A model generated the notes under the pieces. That model saw nothing but the letters and a program-made list of their open reading frames with translations. It ran no database searches and was not told where the DNA came from. Both the position numbers and the translations under genes were made by a program. DNA of 63,974 nt, counting the filler, from Octopus bimaculoides (Eukaryota): the NCBI RefSeq assembly GCF_001194135.2. It is 8 parts of 7 records of this genome, joined end to end, with 100 filler letters (N's around TTAATTAATTAA, not from the genome) between each part and the next. Parts side by side here need not be neighbours in the genome. Positions count along the whole stretch, not along the records: positions 1 to 13,991 come from NC_068984.1; 7 more parts are not named here. One strand, written 5' to 3'. Of this stretch, positions 1 to 10,890 are shown piece after piece; position 1 is the first letter of the stretch, and each line of letters opens with the position of its first letter.

Positions 1-29
1 TATATTTACTGTCTGCTTTGTATTAATAC

Positions 30-109
30 GACCCTGAAGAGATACAATATCCCATATTTTATAATATGCATGAATCGATCTGGATATTGCATCGAAATGA
101 TCATAGGTC
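30..109 (+). ncRNA. Minimal type-I hammerhead ribozyme motif (Penelope-like), intact core
   Basis: Stem I GACC(30-33)/GGTC(106-109); core CTGAAGA 34-40; stem II GATACAATATCC(41-52)/GGATATTGCATC(82-93), 11 of 12 paired; GAAA 94-97; palindromic loopless stem III ATGA/TCAT; cleavage triplet AUA (103-105). Confidence 0.72.
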
Positions 110-157
110 ATAATAAAGTCTTTACAATAGATCAGATGTTAGCTCTTGTTTAAATCG

Positions 158-159
<2 letters not shown>

Positions 160-190
<31 letters not shown>

Positions 191-514
191 TGTATGTATG
201 TATGTATGTATGTATGTATGCATGTATGTATGTATGAGTAGCGAACTGCTGCCAATCACATATTTCATTTTATCCCAACTGCTGATTTGCAGCTTTTACC
301 ACAACTATCACAGTTAATCCAATGCAAAACCATGGCACCGGCACTGTGTTTAAATATGTGTCTTCTCAGCTCACCAATAGAAGGGCAACATTTATAACAG
401 AATTGTCAGACATATCCTTTCAAGTAGTGAAGATTTACTATTAGCTTTGCTTTAGTTCATGTTTCCTAGAAACTGACGGAAGTAACCCTTCGTAGTCAAC
501 CTCAATATTAATAA

Positions 515-571
<57 letters not shown>

Positions 572-573
572 CC

Positions 574-639
<66 letters not shown>

Positions 640-652
640 CTCTATCTCTCTA

Positions 653-699
<47 letters not shown>

Positions 700-720
700 G
701 TGTGTCTGTGTGTGTGTGTG

Positions 721-789
<69 letters not shown>

Positions 790-818
790 GTTATTCTGTG
801 TACATGTACACACACGCA

Positions 819-857
<39 letters not shown>
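160..857. repeat. Compound microsatellite tract: (TATG)n, (CT)n, (CTAT)n, (GT)n, (CA)n
   Basis: Simple repeats visible directly; they account for the spurious ORFs 702..989 and 710..907. Confidence 0.95.
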
Positions 858-858
<1 letters not shown>

Positions 859-1044
859 CACAGCGTGTCACTTTGAGCCTCGATCTGCTGAATGTCGAAG
901 CCTTTGAGAAGTTTTACGAACGATTCCACTCGTTAAGGACTGAAGATGCAATCGGACTTAATAAAGCTGCTGCTAAGGGCCGTTGGTGAAAGTAATTAGT
1001 ATTGCGTGGAACAGCATCCCTTATGTTATTCTGGACTGGTGGCG

Positions 1045-1400
1045 GTTGTTATGGATCTCCGTTGTCTGACGGCGAGGATTCAGTTGTTTTGTCGACAGAA
1101 TTATCTGCTCCTGAATTAACTTGTAAATGGATGAGTATTCCCCAGACACATGTACCTTTAACGTAATTCTCAGAAAAAATCCGTCTGACGCATAAAGTGA
1201 GAATACTGTGCCCTTTGGAATGACAGATACAACCCCTCCAACAGGTTACTGTACAGTTTCCGTCTACTCAGTTTATCGTACAAAATATGAGTCGACCCAA
1301 AAGTGTAGAAGATAGCATTTGTCCAAGATGTCACACAGTAGGATCAGTACTGGGACCCCGTGGTTGCCAAGTCATTTTCTTAAGCATTTCGCCACACTCT
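1045..1400 (-). mobile_element. Decayed SINE fragments (3' part of family C, head of family A)
   Basis: 1045-1160 aligns to the reverse complement of the SINE 3' end at 34230-34345; 1250-1400 resembles the family-A head (cf. 31961-32120). Confidence 0.7.
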
Positions 1401-1459
1401 AGCTTGGTCGTGGATTAACCTTATGGAAATGGAAAACAAGCGAAGATATCAGGCATAAT

Positions 1460-1907
1460 ATAATCCTTTCTACTATAGGCACAAAGCCTGACATTTTAGG
1501 GAGAGGGGACTAGTCGATTACATCGACCCCAGTTCGTAACTGGTACTTATTTCACCGACCCCGTAAGGAGGAAAGGTAAAGTCGACCTCGGCGGAATTTG
1601 AACTCAGAACGTAAAGACGGACAAAATACCGCTAAGTATTTCGTCCGGCGTGCTAACGATTCTGCCAGCTCACCACCTTTAAAATATTGGTTTCAAATTT
1701 TGGCACAAGGCCAGCAGTTTCGGGTGGGGCGGGGTGTAGGTCGATTACATCGACCCCAATACTCAACTGGCACTCATTTTATCATCTCTGAAAAGATGAA
1801 GGATGAAGGGCAAAGTGGACCTCGCGGAATTTGAACTCAGAACGTAAAGACAGATGAAATGCCACTAAGCATTTTGTCCGGCTTGCTAACGATTCTGCCA
1901 GCTCACC
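1460..1907 (-). mobile_element. Two tandem copies of a short tRNA-headed SINE (family B, ~220 bp)
   Basis: Two head-to-tail copies of GGCGGTGAGCTGGCAGAATCGTTAG...GTTCAAATTCCGCCGAGGTCGACTTT...AAGTACCAG with A/B-box-like motifs; many other copies in the window. Confidence 0.85.
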
Positions 1908-1908
1908 T

Positions 1909-1934
1909 GAACAACAACAACAACAGCAACAACA

Positions 1935-1965
<31 letters not shown>

Positions 1966-2032
1966 CAACAACAACAACAATAATAATAATAATAATCATC
2001 ATCATCATCATCATCATCATCATAATAATAAT
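1909..2032. repeat. Compound trinucleotide microsatellite (AAC/AGC/AAT/CAT)
   Basis: Visible directly; ends about 25 nt upstream of the splice acceptor at 2056-2057. Confidence 0.95.
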
Positions 2033-2057
2033 ATCACATTCTTCCTAATTTCTTCAG

Positions 2058-2178
2058 GGTTTGGACGCGCCATTAAGTTCTGCAGCTTTCGAGGAATCAA
2101 ACTTTTGTCCGGATCTCGGCTAAAAACTCAAGACTGTTTCTCTTGTAACTGCACAACCGAAAAACTAAAATGTTGTGG
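2058..2178 (+). CDS. Beta-microseminoprotein/PSP94-like protein, internal coding exon
   Basis: Acceptor ttcttcctaatttcttcag, donor GG|gtaagt. Encodes (x)FGRAIKFCSFRGIKLLSGSRLKTQDCFSCNCTTEKLKCCG with the C-x17-C-x2-C-x-C-x6-CC motif of the beta-MSP N-terminal domain. Confidence 0.85.
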
Positions 2179-2289
2179 GTAAGTTTTGCATTTGTCTTTA
2201 GTAATTCACTCACAGTGGACAGTCATTAGTCATAAGTCACATTTCTGATGATCGGCATCTGCTTGTGTAACTCCTAGTAACAGAACATG

Positions 2290-2327
<38 letters not shown>

Positions 2328-2777
2328 TGGACATGCACAAACACAAATACATACACATACTCACACACGCAGGCATGCATGCACACCCACACACGTATCA
2401 CACAAACACACACACACTCACACACACACACTCACACACACACACTCACACACACACTCACACACACACACTCACACACGCATGCATGCACACACAAAAT
2501 CACAAACACACACACACACACTCACACACGCATGCATGCACACACACACTCACACACACACACTCACACACGCATGCATGTACACACAAAATCACAAACA
2601 CACACACACGCATATATACATACACACACATATAAACATACGTTACATTCTTTTTTTTAGGAAGTTTTAAGTTATTGCCCGTCACATACGTTGCTTAAAC
2701 AATGGCGCAGTTGAACCGGTTTACTTTCGTGTCTGTGTATTGGACGCGTTACCACCGCCGATGTTTGTTTCGTTTAC

Positions 2778-2827
2778 CTCGGGTCTGATTTCATTGTTGC
2801 TGGAGTCGTTGCTGGTGCTGATGTTTC
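2778..2827 (-). other. Candidate small antisense exon (ETSAPATTPATMKSDP)
   Basis: Minus-strand tttttttag acceptor and GAG|gtaaac donor around non-repetitive sequence; no homology recognised. Confidence 0.2.
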
Positions 2828-3094
2828 CTAAAAAAATTACATTACTGCTGAATGCCTTCCATTGTGCTGCTTTTCCGGATATGAGATCCACTGACGACAC
2901 AGATATTATATATGCTTTCACACATTTCCACACATATACACACCCATATACATATATATATATATGTAGAATGCATATAAACAAATTTAGGCTAATGACG
3001 TAATATAATAGGTGTGTATGTAAGTGCACGGATTAGTTTACCACTAAAACTCCGGCTTGAACTGCATCTAAAACAAAAGAGGTGTAGGAGAATA

Positions 3095-3290
3095 TACAAA
3101 TAATAACAACAGACGAGGACAGGTGGTGTAAATAACAAAAGTATATATTAGTATGACGCTCGGGAATACGGAAAGTCTTTGACGTTTCGAGCTACGCTCT
3201 TCAACAGAAAGAATACGGAGACAAGGAGAAAAACACGGAGAAAAAAAATTGAATAGTGTTCAGTCAACGGTCAATCATAATAATGGAGGT
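3095..3290 (-). mobile_element. Penelope-like terminal-repeat fragment with hammerhead motif (3176-3212)
   Basis: Minus strand TCTTT-CTGTTGA-A-GAGCgtaGCTC-GAAAC-GTC-AAAGA: perfect stems I and II, GUC triplet, core A6 mutated to U. Same family as 62682-62745. Confidence 0.65.
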
Positions 3291-3617
3291 GTAGCTGCTT
3301 ATCAAAGATGGCTATAAGTGGTTCATGATTGAGCGTGTTAATATACATTAGGAAGAGAGAATGAACAGACAAAACATGTGGTATCACTTTAGAACATGCA
3401 ATTTATAATACGGACATAATCGCAGAGTGGTTATAGTAAACACAGGATTAAGAAATAATGTGAAAAGTCTCTTACAGTTGTTTCTAGAATAGCTGAGTAT
3501 GTGGAGCAAATCTCCTTGATTAAAAATTACCATGTGAGACAGCAATTCCAAATACAGAGTAGGCCAAAAATCACGCACTAAAATATTGATGTTTTTTAAA
3601 AATATTACGTCATTATT

Positions 3618-3647
<30 letters not shown>

Positions 3648-3648
<1 letters not shown>

Positions 3649-3945
3649 GAAACCTCACAGCTTATTTTGCTGGGTATGATGGAAAGTGTCAGCTGTCCAC
3701 AACTAGCAGACTAGCATGACAACTAGCATGACCAGCAGACTGGTCATGCTTCAAGAACCCCGCGAAGAATTCTTGCAGTTCCAAGCAATGCTGATTTCCC
3801 TTGGTGTTCTACCTTCACACTTGCACCAATCTTTTTCAGCCATGTTGGTAGTTGAGTGCTGATACTTCTAAGTGCATCAATTACTATTGTAATCACATCT
3901 ACTCTCTTCATTGACCACAAACATTTTGTTCCCCATGCACAAATC
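3648..3945 (-). mobile_element. R4/Dong-like RLE non-LTR retrotransposon 3' fragment
   Basis: Minus frame LWSMKRVDVITIVIDALRSI...KSALLGTARILRGVLEA* matches the C-terminus of the 58948-60759 element; 3' end abuts (TAA)n at 3612-3647. Confidence 0.75.
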
Positions 3946-4294
3946 CATGTGCATTCCCCCTTATTTTATTTATCTTATTCAATTTTAGAAAAATCAAAGC
4001 ATGTTTTTGACAATTACGGAACGTATTGACTTCATTTTGTGCGTGACCTTTGGCCCATCTAGCATATAATATACATTCAGTGGCCGAATAAAAAATGCTG
4101 TAACTAAAGTTGCGGTAGTTTCTCCTTTCCGGTTTTCAGAATTCACCGAAAATAACAGAAAGTAGAACTTAAAAATTGTAGTGGTCATTGAGCATGAATA
4201 AATATATTTGTGGCACTCTACGGATAATATCAGGTTCTCTGTTTACATTGTTGATATTTATACGGAAACATGACTAGCGTCACACACACACACA

Positions 4295-4357
<63 letters not shown>

Positions 4358-4729
4358 NNNNNNNNNNNNNNNNNNNNNNNNNNNNNNNNNNNNNNNNNNN
4401 NNNNNNNNNNNNNNNNNNNNNNNNNNNNNNNNNNNNNNNNNNNNNNNNNNNNNNNNNNNNNNNNNNNNNNNNNNNNNNNNNNNNNNNNNNNNNNNNNNNN
4501 NNNNNNNNNNNNNNNNNNNNNNNNNNNNNNNNNNNNNNNNNNNNNNNNNNNNNNNNNNNNNNNNNNNNNNNNNNNATATAAGAGGAATGACCACTAGGTA
4601 GATTCCTAATATGCTAAATATAGACACCATAGGGTCTGACCACTAAGAAACGATTTGCAGACATTTACTTAATGTAGATAGTAACAATATAACCATGGTA
4701 TGTGACTAATCACGTACCATGTGATTAGG

Positions 4730-4830
4730 GGGTAGATGTTTTCAAGAAACAACTCGATCCCCTGCTGTCCAATGTCTCAGACGAACCTATATCACAGCAA
4801 GAAACTCAATCACATAAGAATGGTCATTGA
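4730..4830 (+). mobile_element. LINE (CR1/L2-type) 3' remnant
   Basis: Reads VDVFKKQLDPLLSNVSDEP, resembling the FKxxLDxxLxxxPDxP C-terminal motif of CR1/L2-group ORF2. Confidence 0.5.
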
Positions 4831-4909
4831 ACAGGTGATGACACTTGCCGTAATGCAGCGTCGCCTCTCATCTGTTGGCGATCGTTCCTTCTTTCTCTTT
4901 GGACTTTCC

Positions 4910-4946
4910 TATTTCCGACGAAGAGCTAAGCTCGAAACATTAACAA
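4910..4946 (+). ncRNA. Degenerate hammerhead-like motif
   Basis: CCGACGA-A-GAGCtaaGCTC-GAAAC-ATT; stem II intact, core U4 mutated, stem I and III decayed. Confidence 0.35.
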
Positions 4947-4984
4947 CAACTCTCTCCCTTCACCGTTTTTAACTGTTTATTTAA

Positions 4985-5019
<35 letters not shown>

Positions 5020-5297
5020 CATGCATGAAGGAAAGCATCTTTCTTCACGATACTTAAAATCCTAACCATGTTTTGCGGGATACTGTAATCATTTGTATGA
5101 ATTAAGAAGTTGTATTTTCTCTCCAACAGCCCCAATTCCGCCAGACGAGTTGGTAGGATTATTAAGAATATGTAGGAAGCTGAAATTGTACCTTGGCTAC
5201 CGGATTAACGGGCCCCTTATCAATGGCTTACAGACTTTTTCCCTGCATCTTCTCAGACCGTATTTTATGTATGAATGTATGTATATATGCACGTACG

Positions 5298-5338
<41 letters not shown>

Positions 5339-5348
5339 NNNNNNNNNN

Positions 5349-5384
<36 letters not shown>

Positions 5385-5853
5385 CGTGCGTGTATGAATG
5401 CATGTATGTGTATGTGTATGCATACTATACATACATACATACATATATACATACATACATACATACATATATACATATATACATAAATACACCTATATAA
5501 GCATAAATACATACATATTTACATCAACAACGAGTCTAGCCTGTGTAATTTCCCAAAACGAAAGCCACTCAATTAAAGTAGGAGACATACCACACGCACC
5601 AACACACACACACACACACATATGTGTGTATACACTCTCTCCATCTGTTTCCCATAGAAATGAAAGAATTTATATTAGATTCTCGTTTACTATTTGCATT
5701 CCTTTATATATCTTAGATAATCGCTGCCTGTTTTGAATTCTTACCGGAAACGCCACGTATATATACACATACATAAATACTTACACACACAGATATATAT
5801 ATATATATATATACACACATGTTTGTGTGCATACATACGTATGTATGTATATA

Positions 5854-6070
5854 CAAACGGGTTCTGAAAAGTTCCTGACTTTAAAGTTGTGGCGTGAGGC
5901 CTGGCTGGAGGAGGCCCAACCTTCCGAGTTCTTTTACGAGGCTTAGAAAAACTGATGGTCCCCTGCAATAAGTGTGTGAATCTGAGAGGGGAATATGTTG
6001 AATGAAATCATAATTAACTGACCCTTCTGTATTTTCTTTTACCCAAAGCCAGGAATTTTTCAGCACCCCT

Positions 6071-6073
<3 letters not shown>
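5854..6073 (+). mobile_element. Internally deleted mariner (MITE-like)
   Basis: Imperfect TIRs (GGGTTCTGAAAAGTTCCTGACT / AGCCAGGAATTTTTCAGCACCC); interior encodes a transposase-like C-terminus LMVPCNKCVNLRGEYVE*. Confidence 0.75.
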
Positions 6074-6133
<60 letters not shown>

Positions 6134-6884
6134 CACACACACACACATATGGACATGTGCTCTTTTCTGACCGGCCATGACTAACGGCCTCATGATATAC
6201 ATACATACGTACATACCTACATACATACATACGTACGTACATACATATATACATACATACATACATGCATACATGCATACATACATACATGCATACATAT
6301 ATACATACATAAATAAATAAGTAATTACTTGGACCTTGTGTATATGGTTAATAGTATACCGATAAAAGCCCTGTCACAGTTTAGGCCATGTCTTCCATAG
6401 ATTTGGTAAAAGTGTCATTAGATCTACTTCAGGATTTCTGCAGTATTCGTTGAGTTTATAACGAATGAAGGAAACGGAAAATGGAGTTCGCAAGAATCTT
6501 TATTTAGCAGAACGATCGTTTCTACCCATCCTGCATCTGTCCCCTGTGGGTGGGATACTGTACAAATGGTTTGTGTTGCTTCCTCCAGCGCAGAATGCAT
6601 CTCATCGGATGTCTTGTTTGAAATAATATATATTTACACATTATATTCATACACACACACACACACACACACATATAATACACATGCACATACATGTATA
6701 TGTGTATGTGATGACATACACATATCTGTATCACTCGACAGATGCAATACCTAACTCCAGTCATACACAGGTGCGTGATGGGCGTACGTGCGTGCGTGTA
6801 TGTGTGTGTATGCGTGTGTGTGTACGTATGTGCATGTGTGCGTGTGCATGTGCGTGTGTGTGTGTGTGTGTGTGNNNNNNNNNN

Positions 6885-6923
<39 letters not shown>

Positions 6924-7050
6924 GTATACTCAAATAACAGATAATAGAGAGATACTTTGCTTTGGTTTTGTTAAAAATAAAAACAGAAACGGTTCCTCTT
7001 GCTCGATTGGTTTATCCTTCTATTTTTTCTTTTTGTGTGTGAAATTGCAG

Positions 7051-7216
7051 GTTTGGTGTGAACAGCGGTTTGCACGTGGTTCCAAGACATTGCAAGATGC
7101 TGAAGGACGGCTGCACCCCACACTATGTTCGTCGGGACAACGAAAACGTCGATTGTGTTTCCGGTACACCGATAATGATCGACGATTCTGCTCATAAGAA
7201 ATCAGACCACGACTAA
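7051..7216 (+). CDS. Beta-microseminoprotein/PSP94-like protein, terminal coding exon
   Basis: Acceptor tttttctttttgtgtgtgaaattgcag; its first G completes the phase-2 Gly. Encodes FGVNSGLHVVPRHCKMLKDGCTPHYVRRDNENVDCVSGTPIMIDDSAHKKSDHD* (stop 7214-7216), supplying C-x6-C-x13-C of the beta-MSP C-terminal domain. This frame is absent from the ORF track. Confidence 0.85.
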
Positions 7217-7619
7217 AAATGATTACTGCTGCACATTGTTCGACTCACCGACATGAGGCATGAATAAGAACTACTGGAAAAACAGTCAAACTATGCACGG
7301 CATTCATTGTGGCAAATTAGAATAGAATATAAGTATTTTAGTAAGCAACTTATATTTTAGTTTTCTTTTTGCTTTTTTTCCAGGTTCGAATCCTGGCTAA
7401 CGCATTTGATTTTTGTGGTTGTCACGGTGACCACTCGAAGATAATTTCACATCATAAAATTTTAACTGATCTATCCTGACTCCCCTAGACCGACTGTCAA
7501 GTGGAACTAGTGACCTTCATGCGTCATATTTAACGATTATCATCACTTACCTCTTCACACCATCCTTTTTGAACCACCACCACCATCATCACCATCGTCG
7601 TCATCATCGTTATTTTGTT

Positions 7620-7960
7620 CTTTACTTACATCAGCTTTTGAGTTCAAATCCCGCAAGGCTTGAATTTACCTCTTCTTAAATTTCAAGGATGGGGTGTCTA
7701 TCATGAAGTAATGAAATACCAGTCGTCTACTGAGGTCAATATAATCGATTATGCTTCCTCCCTCCACCACCGTTTTGCCTTGTATTTAGTTACGATCATT
7801 TCATGCATTCTGCCTTAAATTCCACCGAGGTCATCTTTCACTTTCATCCCCCTGGGGTTGATAATGTAAGATACTAGCCAAGGACTGGGGTGAAGGGTGG
7901 ATTCAATCAAATGAGCCCCGCCCTTAATTTGGCGGCGTTGTGCTTTTATTAGAAACAATC
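7620..7960 (+). mobile_element. Two decayed family-B SINE copies
   Basis: GAGTTCAAAT...TTGAATTT/GTCATCTTT...TACCAGT motifs similar to the copies at 1460-1907. Confidence 0.55.
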
Positions 7961-8288
7961 ATTATTATTTATGACATTATCATCACTATCGTCAACTTCA
8001 TTATCATCATCAACTTCATTATCGTCGTCATAATTATTCTTCTTATTGGGAGCGAAAGTCGAAGAAATGAAATACCAATCTAGCAGATCAAACTCCGAAA
8101 TCTGATTTTAATTCTGCCAGTGGAGTAATTTCAGTTCATGTTCGTCTTTCGTGGCCTTGGGAGATGGATATATACCACAACATCTTATTTTCTTCACTTA
8201 AAATTCGCAAACATTCATATCAATGAAACAAGCAATTATTATTGACATTATCACGAACATTAATGTTCGGTGGATTGGCAGAATCGTT

Positions 8289-9672
8289 GTCAGAGAAAAT
8301 AGCTTGTGATATTTCTTCTGGCTTTTTACGTTCTGAGTTCAAATCCTACTAAAGTCAACTTTGCCATTCATTCTTCCGAGTTCAATAAAATGAAGAACTA
8401 GTCAAGTATTGGAGTCGATGTAATCGACTGCTCCTCATTGTGACAAGAACCTTGCACGGTAGGAAATTCTCCGAACGTTTGCGAACCATTTCGATTCATA
8501 ATTGAAACCTTCTCATTTCTCTATATTCATCGGGAAGGTCATAAACATCACAGCACTTCATTTTCCGTCATGGATAGAAAACAAATATCCAGGCTTCATG
8601 TAATCCTTACCAAATCTCTCAACTCAATATTTTCAGCTTTATAATCAACCAAAATCCTACGTTTCCCAATAACACCAACAATATTTTTAAAATTCAGTTT
8701 CTTGTAACAACGTATGTTTTCATTAAACCATTTAACAGTAATATATTTCTTCGCTTTTTCATTTCTGGTCTGTTATCTGAACGAAAACAGTAAACAATGA
8801 GAGACAATGAGTATTTCATAATCAGAAAGACCATCTTGGTATTTTGAGAACATCGAAACAAAAGGTTATCGGACTACAACTGGAAATGTAGATAGTAACA
8901 TGTTGTATTAAGTGTTTATACAGTAATCCCTCGACTATCGCAGGTGTTATACAGAAATCCCTCAACAACCGCCCCGCGATAAGTGAAAATCCGCGAAGTA
9001 GAAACAGTACTGTACTGTATATTTCTTTAAAATTATTTTTATGATTTGTATGTATTTATTTTATTATAAATGCAAAACAACACCACGGAGGAATCGATGT
9101 AAGCTTAAATAATAATCCACGAGAGGTGAACTGTGATATGGCGAGGAATTACTGTATCTGTAAATAAGTACAAAAAGATGTTATACAAGGCGAGAGCAAT
9201 ATTAAAGATGGAATATTGAAATAGAATTGTTATTAAGATAAAATATTAGATATTAAAAAAAAATATTGTGATATTTCTTCTGGCTTTTTACGTTCTGAGT
9301 TCAAATCCTACCGAAGTCAACTTTGCTATTCATTCTTCCGAGTTCAATAAAACGAAGAACTAGTCAAGTATTGGAGTCGATGTAATCGACTGCTCCTCAT
9401 TGTGACAAGAACCTTGCACGGTAGGAAATTCTCCGAACGTTTGCGAACCATTTCGATTCATAATTGAAACCTTCTCATTTCTCTATATTCATCGGGAAGG
9501 TCATACACATCACAGCACTTCATTTTCCGTCATGGATAGAAAACAAATATCCAGGCTTCATGTAATCCTTACCAAATCTCTCAACTCAATATTTTCAGTT
9601 TTATAATCAACCCAAATCCTACGTTTCCCAATAGCACCAGCATATTTTAAAAATTCAATTTCTTCACTTGTA
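8289..9672 (+). repeat. Local ~410-bp direct duplication (8289-8708 and 9267-9672)
   Basis: Near-identical copies comprising a SINE-B body plus about 270 bp of non-SINE flank, differing by scattered substitutions. Confidence 0.9.
8921..9154. mobile_element. Tc1/mariner (pogo/Tigger-like) MITE
   Basis: TIRs CAGTAATCCCTCGACTATCGC / reverse complement CAGTAATTCCTCGCCATATCAC, TA dinucleotide on both sides. Confidence 0.8.
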
Positions 9673-10459
9673 ACTTTCATGTCTGACGACGAGGATCGTT
9701 ATGAGCGAAAACTTTCAGGCTTTCATTTATAAATACCGAACCATGAGCCACATTCTTTGTTGTGACGTAATATAGGATGGAAGTAAATTCTATATCCACT
9801 TCTTACTCTGCCAGTCGTTCTGATTCTACCAACATCAGCTCCTTATTAGACTAGCACCAACCACACCGTCTTCGCGGATGTCTTCAAACCCAGCATTATT
9901 TGCCAGAAATTAATGTTAACTTTCTGTTGCTGGAAAACTTGGAAAGTCATGATTTTAGTCTCTTTTCCCGAACATCATTCATAGCTGAGTGTATCATTTC
10001 ATTCCGTAGCTCGAGAACTCATCAGCACGTTACTTCCGGTATGATTGTTGAACCACACACTCAAAAACTATTCCATATTGAGAATCACATGAGATCTATG
10101 GTAAAACCTCAACGGAAAACAAATAAATGAAAATAACGTCCGTGAGTTAACGGATTATCTGCTTAAATACTTCACTTAATTTTTGTCCTTGTCATAAATT
10201 GTTCTCACGACAGACACAGCAAGTTTTAATGTTTTTATAAACATAGTTGAGGTTTTTCTCCCGCGTGAAATGTTCGTAAAATATGGAGTTCAACGTTGAA
10301 CTTAATCTCTTTGTTCCTCCGCTTCACAGCTTTCAGTTTCACTTGCTGTCTTCTTTCCAGTCATTTCCAGTAAGAATAACACATTGTACTGGACGTCGTT
10401 TGTAGTTAGGTCCAACAGCAGTGGCGATTGATAGGAAAACGTTTAACTCCTTGGGCGTC

Positions 10460-10890
10460 TTACCCGGCTTTCATGGCGTATAAATGACTGGGGTGACAGC
10501 AGCCCCCTTGAACGGGACACCGGTCTATCGCAGAGCTGCTCATTTCTGCCAGGTCAATGGACTGGAGCAACGTGAAATGAAGTGTCTTGCTCAAGAACAC
10601 AACGTGTCGCCCAGCCCGGTAATCGAAACCATGATCTCAAGATCATGAGTGCAACACTCCAAACTACTAAGTCACGCGGCTTCAAATTTTGGCACAAGAC
10701 CAGCAATTTCGGGGTAGAGCAAAGTCGATTGCGTAGGGCTTAGTGTCCAACTGGTACTTATTTGATCGACCCCGAGTGGATGAAAGGCGAAGCTGACCTC
10801 GGCGGGATTTGAACTCAGGACGTAAAGGCGGATGGAATGCTGCTAAGCATTTCGCTCTACGTGCTTAACGATTTTGCCAGTTCGCCGCCT
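10460..10890 (-). mobile_element. Adjacent SINEs (family D 10460-10683, family B 10683-10890)
   Basis: tRNA-like heads on the minus strand; family D body CTTGAGCAAGACACTTCATTTCACGTTGCTCCAGTCCA matches 29379-29687. Confidence 0.8.

Noticed and set aside
870-989. Protein-like tail [38 protein letters not shown]
   Set aside because: It has no acceptor or signal peptide, cannot supply the missing beta-MSP N-terminus, and has no recognisable homology.
1049-1110. Apparent minus-strand terminal exon GADNSVDKTTESSPSDNGDP*
   Set aside because: It aligns to the reverse complement of the family-C SINE 3' end, so it is a decayed SINE.
1859-2182. 107-aa ORF with poly-N/S/H fused to the Cys-rich segment
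   Set aside because: It starts inside a SINE and reads through a microsatellite; only 2058-2178 has proper splice sites and beta-MSP similarity.
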